Source of the DNA: an uncultured delta proteobacterium
GTDB lineage: Bacteria > Desulfobacterota > Syntrophia > Syntrophales > UBA2192
NCBI GenBank assembly: GCA_963705165.1
Contig: CAVPJD010000031.1
Coordinates: 100,872 to 164,871, forward strand
DNA length: 64,000 nucleotides
Direction of reading: 5' to 3'
Shown here: piece after piece, positions 57,859-64,000 of the stretch
Layout: every line of letters begins with the position of its first letter
Numbering within the stretch: position 1 is the stretch's first letter
Program-made: the position numbers and the translations under genes
Notes under the pieces: generated by a model
Database searches by the model: none
Seen by the model: the letters and a program-made list of their open reading frames with translations, nothing else
What the model was told of the DNA's origin: nothing

Positions 57859-58773
57859 ATGGACGAAATCATTCAGGCACCCCCGTCTTCCCGTCTCCAC
57901 ATGGTGGATCTCCCATTGCCGATGACCGGCTTTCGGCATTTTGTCACCAGCTGGCTTTATTCCGATCATGATGCGACGGTGATCGTGGACCCCGGCCCTG
58001 CATCGGCGATCCCCGCCCTCATCTCCGCCCTGGAACAACGGGGTGTAAAAACTCTCGACCTCGTTCTCCTGACTCACATCCATCTGGACCACAGCGGCGG
58101 CGTGGGGCACCTGCTCCGCCGCTATCCGGGGGCGAGGGTCATCTGCCATCCCAGGGGAGCGCCCCACATGATCGACCCCTCAAAGGTCTGGAGCGTCTCC
58201 CTGAGGAATCTGGGCGAGATTGCCGAAATGTACGGAAAGCCCGACCCGGCCCCGGCAGACCGCATCGGCTTCGAGGAGACGATCCGGATCGGCGGTCTGA
58301 TCATCGAGAGCATCGAGACGCCGGGGCATGCGCCTCATCAGCTTGCCTTCCGGATGGACGGAGCGCTTTTTACAGGGGAGGCGGCAGGCATCTTTTTCCC
58401 CCTCGCCGACACGTTCTATCTCCGGGTCGGCTGCCCCCCGGGCGGCTTCGATTACCCGGCATACCGCCGGTCCCTTGAACGGCTGCGGACCTCAACTGCC
58501 TCGGTGCTTTGCTTTTCGCATTACGGCTACTCGAGGGATGTGCGCAGGGTCTTCGACCTTGCCTTCGGTCAGCTCGACCTGTGGATCTCCGTTGCGTCGA
58601 AACATGCGGTGGAAAAAGAGGGGGTCTTCGAAGAGAAGGTCATTGCGGAACTGCTCGGAAAAGACCCGGCTCTTGCGTGCTTTGAGTCCCTGCCCGAGGA
58701 TGTGAAGTCCAGGGAGCGCTGGCACCTGCGTCACAGCGTTGCCGGTTTCAGGCCCTATCTCGCACAGAAATAG
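57859..58773 (+). CDS. MBL-fold metallo-hydrolase
   Basis: VDPGP, THIHLDHSGG, TPGHAPH, FSHYG. Confidence 0.9.
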   Translation: MDEIIQAPPSSRLHMVDLPLPMTGFRHFVTSWLYSDHDATVIVDPGPASAIPALISALEQRGVKTLDLVLLTHIHLDHSGGVGHLLRRYPGARVICHPRGAPHMIDPSKVWSVSLRNLGEIAEMYGKPDPAPADRIGFEETIRIGGLIIESIETPGHAPHQLAFRMDGALFTGEAAGIFFPLADTFYLRVGCPPGGFDYPAYRRSLERLRTSTASVLCFSHYGYSRDVRRVFDLAFGQLDLWISVASKHAVEKEGVFEEKVIAELLGKDPALACFESLPEDVKSRERWHLRHSVAGFRPYLAQK

Positions 58774-58797
58774 CCGCAGGAAAGGGATCGCCGTCCA

Positions 58798-59202
58798 TCA
58801 CAGCTCATCGATTTCGGCAAGAAGCTCCTCTCCGGGGTGAGTCGGTATTGAAAAATACCACCAGTTCTTTTTGGCCGTCCATCCTTCCTGCCGGGCCGTC
58901 TCGTCGCCCCAGAGACACCTGCCCGCCGGCCGGACGAGCGTCCGCATTTTCGCGTCCGCCTGCCTTATTCGCTTGAAGCAGGTCTTTTTAACCTCTGCCG
59001 GAACAACGACAAGGGTCTCTTCGAGGAGCTGCCGGCCGTCCATGTCGTTCAGATAGTCGTCAAGCCCCAGGCTGTAGCCCTCCTCGACGGACCGGACGAC
59101 CTCTTCCCAGCTCTCCGCAAGCCCCCGCAGCCCCCCCCTGACCACATGCTCCGGACAGCCGCGCTTGCGCAGAAACTCCCCGACGGGATCTTTTTCTTTC
59201 AT
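58798..59202 (-). CDS. Hypothetical protein
   Basis: GAGAGG SD; W...V..VE.GY....DDYLND.DGR, WWY..IP. Confidence 0.72.
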   Translation of the reverse strand: MKEKDPVGEFLRKRGCPEHVVRGGLRGLAESWEEVVRSVEEGYSLGLDDYLNDMDGRQLLEETLVVVPAEVKKTCFKRIRQADAKMRTLVRPAGRCLWGDETARQEGWTAKKNWWYFSIPTHPGEELLAEIDEL

Positions 59203-59292
59203 GTCAAACCTCTCGAGAAGAGCATTAGAGTCCGTTGGCAGGTTTTCCCTCTTTCGCCTACACCCTACACCCGAGTCCCTACACCCTGCTCA

Positions 59293-59748
59293 TCAATGTT
59301 TTCGCCGGAGCTGGCGCTCGTAGTAGGCCTCCCCGTCCGTCGGCCTGAAGTACGTGCGAATGACGCCGTCGCGGTTGAAGGCGAGGAAATCCCTCGTCTC
59401 GCGATCATACCGGCTCACCACTCCGTCGGGCCGGACGGACTCGAGAATCGCTCCTCCTGCCGGCCGGTCGCGAAGCTCCTGGGCTTTTCTCAGGTACTTC
59501 TCCATCGTGACCGCCCCGAACTCTCGGCCGTGCTTCTTGTAGTGATCGACAAGCTTTTGCCGGCTGGCGAACCCGATGTCCGGGCGCTTGACGTGCGAAG
59601 GGGCAGCGCTCCCCTCAAGGGCAGCCTTCCCTTTCTGGACTTCTGCCGGAGGGGCCTGAGGGGATCCGCAAGCAAGGACAAGAAACACCAGGACAACAAG
59701 CGCCCACGCCCAGGGTCGTTTCAACCGGCCCAAGATTCTTCTGCCCAT
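59293..59748 (-). CDS. Putative lipoprotein with RNase-toxin-like (BECR-type) domain
   Basis: VLAC lipobox; L..HY.KHG.EFG....YL..A...RYD......DGVIRTYFRP. Confidence 0.65.
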   Translation of the reverse strand: MGRRILGRLKRPWAWALVVLVFLVLACGSPQAPPAEVQKGKAALEGSAAPSHVKRPDIGFASRQKLVDHYKKHGREFGAVTMEKYLRKAQELRDRPAGGAILESVRPDGVVSRYDRETRDFLAFNRDGVIRTYFRPTDGEAYYERQLRRKH

Positions 59749-59985
59749 GGCTCAGCCCTCATCCCGTTTTTTCGCTGAAGAAATTTAACACAGATACCCG
59801 GTGCCGGGCGAATGATTTTTCAGGGACGACCTTCGTGCCGGTTCGAATTCTCCAACTCCTAAATTTCCAGTTGCAACCCCTCTCGCATACGCGCTATAAA
59901 ATATCGGTCATGGCAATTAAAATTCCTCGCACCAAGATGCCAGGAATTTAGAAACTTAAGGAATGGGTTTATCTGTTATTATGCT

Positions 59986-60017
59986 CGCTTACCCCGCAGC
60001 AAGCTGCGGGGTAAGCG
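59986..60017. repeat. Perfect 32-bp palindrome (IS200/IS605-end or REP-like hairpin)
   Basis: CGCTTACCCCGCAGC-AA-GCTGCGGGGTAAGCG. Confidence 0.75.
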
Positions 60018-60069
60018 CGTGCAATCGTTTTCAACAAACCGGAAGCAACAGCCATCACGGGAGGCGAAA

Positions 60070-60372
60070 ATGAAACGGTTTACCTTATCGGCCCTGAGCG
60101 GCCTGATGATCGCGATGTATGTTCTCGCGCCCGGCGTTTCGCCGGCACAGCAGAAGGGCCCATCCGATGACATGATCAAAGGGGCTTATCGGCAAGTTCT
60201 TGCGGAGGCCGACAAGAACCGCGACGGGAAGCTGAGCATGAGCGAGTGCCTGGCGGTCTGGAAGGACAAGAATACGGCCGAGAAAAACTGCAGGTACTGG
60301 GATGCAAACAGCGACGGGGTCATCACGGAGGACGAGTACGTCCAGCAGGTCCGGAAGATCATGCAAAAATAA
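60070..60372 (+). CDS. Secreted EF-hand protein
   Basis: DKNRDGKLSMSE and DANSDGVITEDE loops; signal peptide. Confidence 0.88.
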   Translation: MKRFTLSALSGLMIAMYVLAPGVSPAQQKGPSDDMIKGAYRQVLAEADKNRDGKLSMSECLAVWKDKNTAEKNCRYWDANSDGVITEDEYVQQVRKIMQK

Positions 60373-60444
60373 ACAGGGACGCAACCGTTCCGAGTGCGGT
60401 TACGAAAAGCCGGTGAAACACCTATTAAGGATCAAGGAGGATAC

Positions 60445-60915
60445 ATGCGCGGTTTGAAGACAACAGCACGGTTGGGTTCCATTTTCACAGTTCTGCTTGC
60501 AGCAGGGGTCATCCTCGCGGGCTGCGCCACGGGGTTCAACTATTCCTTCGACCCCGCAGCTGGCTACACGGGGCTGAAGAGTTACAGCTGGGTGACGACG
60601 GGGACCATGGGACAGACCAGTGACCTGGTCGTGAAAAACGTCCAGTATCAGGCCGATCAGGTCCTCGAGAAAAAGGGTTTCCGGAAGACCACCGAGAGCC
60701 CGGACATGCTGGTCTCGGTCAACTACGAAAACGAGATCGGCATCAACCAGTACGGCTACCAGCTCCGGATGCTGACGCTCGGCATTCAAAAGGCCGACGG
60801 CAAGCAGCTGATCTGGCGGGGAACCGCAACGGGCACGATCAATGCCGATGCGTCTTCTGGCGATCTGAAAAACGCCGTAGAGGGGATCCTGAAAAACTTT
60901 CCGCCGACGAAATAA
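60445..60915 (+). CDS. DUF4136 lipoprotein
   Basis: LAGC lipobox; KSYSW, L..KGF, LIWRG.A, IL..FPP. Confidence 0.85.
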   Translation: MRGLKTTARLGSIFTVLLAAGVILAGCATGFNYSFDPAAGYTGLKSYSWVTTGTMGQTSDLVVKNVQYQADQVLEKKGFRKTTESPDMLVSVNYENEIGINQYGYQLRMLTLGIQKADGKQLIWRGTATGTINADASSGDLKNAVEGILKNFPPTK

Positions 60916-61080
60916 GAGATAGGGGCCAGGGTTCAGGGTATAGGGTCCAGGGAAGGAAAAAGAATATTGCAGACGAACAGCGTAAGCGTCTGAGCCACGT
61001 GGTCAGTGAACAAGAACGAAAAGCGCCGCAGGCCTTCGCTTGCGGCGTCTTTTTATTATCCGGTCGCCCTGGCCGTTGCG

Positions 61081-61485
61081 TCAGAACAGATGTACCTGGA
61101 ATCCAAGCTTGGCGAGCTTCTTCGCAACGAGTGCCTTGTCAAAGGGCTTGACGACGTAGTCGTTGCAGCCCGCCTGGATGCTCGTCATCAAGGTGTCCTT
61201 GTCGGATCGGGCCGTCACCATGACGACCTTCACCCTCTTGCTCTCGGGAACGTTTTTTTCACGCTCCATCCCGCGGATCCGGTTCAGGACCTCCAGACCG
61301 TCCATCTCCGGCATCTGAACATCCAGGGAGATCAGGTCATAGGGGGTCCAGCCGTTCCAGGCGCCTACGAACTTCTCCACGGCATCGGCCCCGTTTTCGA
61401 CGGCCTCGCACTCGCCGAAATGGCCCATGATCATCTTCATCTTTTCCCTGCTGACCATTTCATCGTCCACAACCAGGATTTTCAT
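61081..61485 (-). CDS. Single-domain response regulator (CheY-like)
   Basis: ILVVDD, LDVQMPEMDG, VT, KPF. Confidence 0.93.
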   Translation of the reverse strand: MKILVVDDEMVSREKMKMIMGHFGECEAVENGADAVEKFVGAWNGWTPYDLISLDVQMPEMDGLEVLNRIRGMEREKNVPESKRVKVVMVTARSDKDTLMTSIQAGCNDYVVKPFDKALVAKKLAKLGFQVHLF

Positions 61486-61514
61486 TCTTCACTCCTCTGT
61501 CTCGACGCACAGTT

Positions 61515-64000
61515 TCAGGGTTTGTGAACAAACTCGTCCAGGCGCCTGTATGCCCTCTCCAGTTTCATCAGCCCTTCGGGGGCCGCGCCGAGCGAGCCCG
61601 ATTTGGCCGTTATCTCAAGCTCGGCCGCAGCCGACGACAACTCCGCAGCCGCTAGGTTCGCTGCACCGCCCTTGATGGCATGAGCCTCGCGCCTGAGGAT
61701 CTCCGCATCGGCCCGGTCCAACGCTTCGCGGATGGTGCCGAGCTGGGCCCGCACATTCTCGAGGAACTTCTCCAGAAGCCCCGTCAGGAACTCCCGGTTT
61801 CCTTCGAACTCCTCCAGGGCCCTTGCGAAGTCCATGGGCTCCGCAGGAGCCTGATGAGGCGCCGATGCCTCTGAAGGCGGCAGCGCGCCGCCGGCTTGCG
61901 CGTGCCCGCTGTCGACCCAGTGATCCACCTTGCCGAGCAGATCCTTCCGGAACACGGGCTTGATCAGGTAGTCATCCATACCCGCCTTGAGGCACGCATC
62001 GATGTACTCTCTGACGGCGTGCGCAGTCAAGGCAACAATGGGGATGCGGTTCGCGCTGCCCCGGCTTTTCTCGAGATCACGGATGATCTTCGTGGCTTCA
62101 ATGCCGTCCATGACGGGCATCTGGATGTCCATGAAAATGATATCGTGATTCCCGCTTTCGAAGGCATCGATCGCCTCCTGCCCGTTGCCTGCCAGCGAGA
62201 CGCAGTGGCCTCCAGCCTCGAGATGCCTCCGGGCGACTTCCAGGTTGATGGCATAATCATCGACCAGAAGAATCCGGCGGCCCTGCCCGGATTCCCGCCC
62301 GTGCAGCCCGGTTGCGGGACTGCGGGCATCGTCCTCTTTTCCTTTTACCGCAACCCTCTCCAGGCTCTTCTTCATCTTCGCGGTGAACCAGAACGTGCTC
62401 CCCTCGCCGGGCTCGCTCACCACCCCGATATCGCCGCTCATCATCTTCACGATCTCTCTTGCGATGGCAACCCCGAGGCCAGTTCCGCCGTATTGCCGGG
62501 TCGTCGAGCCGTCGGCCTGCTCGAAGGCTTCGAAAATCTTCTGTTGCCGGTCGAGGGGGATCCCGATCCCCGTGTCGCTCACGGAGAACTGAATCACCAC
62601 CCCGTCGCCCAAGTCGCGCACGAGCTCGCCCGAGACCGACACCTCCCCCTTCGGGGTGAATTTGAGAGCGTTGCCGACGAGATTGACGAGCACCTGGCGC
62701 AGCCGCACGGCATCGCCGAACAACCCTGTCGGGACATCCGGGGCGAGGAAGGTCATAAAGTCTAGTCCCTGTTGTTTGGCCCGCAGGGCAAAACCGTCCG
62801 TGACAGAGCGAACGAGGTCCGCGAGGTCAAAGGGGGCCTCCTCCAGCACCATCTTTCCCGCCTCGATCTTGGCCAGATCGAGGATGTCGTTGATGAGACC
62901 GGAGAGATTGCGGGCTTCGCCGTAGATGGTTTCGAGCAGCCCCTTGAAGTTTTCATCGGGATTCTGCCCCAGGCAAAGCTCCGTCATCCCGATGATCCCG
63001 TTCAGGGGGGTGCGGATCTCGTGGCTCATCCTGGCAAGGAACTCGCTCTTGGCGCGGCTGGCGATCTCGGCGGCCTCCTTGTCCTTTATCAGAGACTCCG
63101 CCCGCTTTCGCTGCGTGATATCCCGAGTCACCGCCTGGATGCCGACGATCAGGCCATCGCTCTCGACGGCTATGCTCACCTGCGTTTCGCCCCAGAACGT
63201 GCTGCCGTCCTTCCGGACGTGCTCCAATTCCAGCACCTCCGAAAACCCCTTGCCGGTGAGAGTCCTCTGCTTGATGAGATCCTTGATGACTTTATAGAGG
63301 TCGAGGACGTTTTTAGCGGAGTCGGGGGTCAGCATCTTCTCAAAACGAATCCCCTTGGCCTCCTCCGGGGAATATCCATACATCGTCAGCATGGACGGGC
63401 TGACATAGGTCAGGTTCATCTTCAGGTCCATGGTCCAGATGAGATCGCTCATATTGTCAGCCATGAGGCGGTAGCGCTTTTCACTGCGGCGCAGGGCCCT
63501 CTCGGCCTCCTTGCGTGCGGTGATGTCGATGAAGCTCTCCAGGAGGCACTCACGGCCGTCCACTCGCAGAGGGACGACGGTCTTGATAATGGAGCGCCGG
63601 GAGCCGTCTGCCGTGAGCATGATCCGCTCCGAATTGTCGACGATCTGCCCCAGGTCCGTCACCGGGCATCGACCTGCGTGAGTCGGACAGACGAATTCGT
63701 GGCAGGGCTGACCGATGATACGCTCCTGCGGCAGGCCGATCATGCGGGCTGCGGCCGGGTTGACCTCCTGGATGATGTGCGTCTCCCGGTCAATGATCAA
63801 GAGCCCCGCGTGAACGCTGTCGAACACGGCGTTCAGGCGCCCTTCGCCTTCTTCGGCACGCTTGCGGTCCGTGATGTCCCGGACGAACACAAGGGCCCCG
63901 TCGTGTCCTTCATAGTGGATGGGAACGGGGGCCACGGACACATGCACGGCAGTGCCATCGAGCTTCAGATAGATTTGGTCGTGCGCGGGAATATGCTTTT
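61515..64000 (-). CDS. Hybrid sensor histidine kinase (PAS domains-HisKA-HATPase-REC-Hpt), 5'-truncated
   Basis: SHEIRTPLN, NALKFT, DTGIG, GGTGLG, MDIQMP, AHAIKG; frame open to window end. Confidence 0.93.
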   Translation of the reverse strand, partial: KHIPAHDQIYLKLDGTAVHVSVAPVPIHYEGHDGALVFVRDITDRKRAEEGEGRLNAVFDSVHAGLLIIDRETHIIQEVNPAAARMIGLPQERIIGQPCHEFVCPTHAGRCPVTDLGQIVDNSERIMLTADGSRRSIIKTVVPLRVDGRECLLESFIDITARKEAERALRRSEKRYRLMADNMSDLIWTMDLKMNLTYVSPSMLTMYGYSPEEAKGIRFEKMLTPDSAKNVLDLYKVIKDLIKQRTLTGKGFSEVLELEHVRKDGSTFWGETQVSIAVESDGLIVGIQAVTRDITQRKRAESLIKDKEAAEIASRAKSEFLARMSHEIRTPLNGIIGMTELCLGQNPDENFKGLLETIYGEARNLSGLINDILDLAKIEAGKMVLEEAPFDLADLVRSVTDGFALRAKQQGLDFMTFLAPDVPTGLFGDAVRLRQVLVNLVGNALKFTPKGEVSVSGELVRDLGDGVVIQFSVSDTGIGIPLDRQQKIFEAFEQADGSTTRQYGGTGLGVAIAREIVKMMSGDIGVVSEPGEGSTFWFTAKMKKSLERVAVKGKEDDARSPATGLHGRESGQGRRILLVDDYAINLEVARRHLEAGGHCVSLAGNGQEAIDAFESGNHDIIFMDIQMPVMDGIEATKIIRDLEKSRGSANRIPIVALTAHAVREYIDACLKAGMDDYLIKPVFRKDLLGKVDHWVDSGHAQAGGALPPSEASAPHQAPAEPMDFARALEEFEGNREFLTGLLEKFLENVRAQLGTIREALDRADAEILRREAHAIKGGAANLAAAELSSAAAELEITAKSGSLGAAPEGLMKLERAYRRLDEFVHKP

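Noticed and set aside
59986-60017. Intact IS200/IS605 element
   Set aside because: Only an isolated hairpin; no tnpA/tnpB ORF.

Overview
GC-rich chromosomal window from an anaerobic Desulfobacterota-type bacterium, most likely a Syntrophales-like syntroph. This is inferred from gene content: acyl-CoA dehydrogenase, CaiB CoA-transferase, BamGHI-like NuoEFG module, 2-oxoacid:ferredoxin oxidoreductase and multiheme cytochromes. No rRNA, tRNA, CRISPR array or intact transposase was seen. Single-base frameshifts cluster at about 0.6-1.9 kb and 38-45 kb and are probably long-read assembly errors. The most notable element is a five-gene periplasmic operon at 37985-45019. Its genes encode an 11-heme cytochrome c with an in-frame UGA plus SECIS hairpin (probable selenoprotein, missed by the ORF track), a secreted tandem rhodanese, a second multiheme cytochrome, a rhodanese lipoprotein and a CbcL-like 9-heme c/cytochrome b protein. 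Its promoter region carries a copy of the operator of a CstR-type (Cys-Asn-Cys) persulfide-sensor-like repressor encoded 33 kb away. That repressor heads an orphan PhsB/PhsC-like pair. A second UGA/SECIS selenoprotein, a YeeE/YedE sulfur transporter, shares the same GGUC SECIS loop. Together these suggest a selenium-dependent, molybdopterin-free sulfane-sulfur respiration or detoxification regulon. Also present are a c-di-GMP-I riboswitch, an unassigned ~250-nt structured RNA, a bacterial Dnmt2, and several intergenic palindrome and short-period repeat families.
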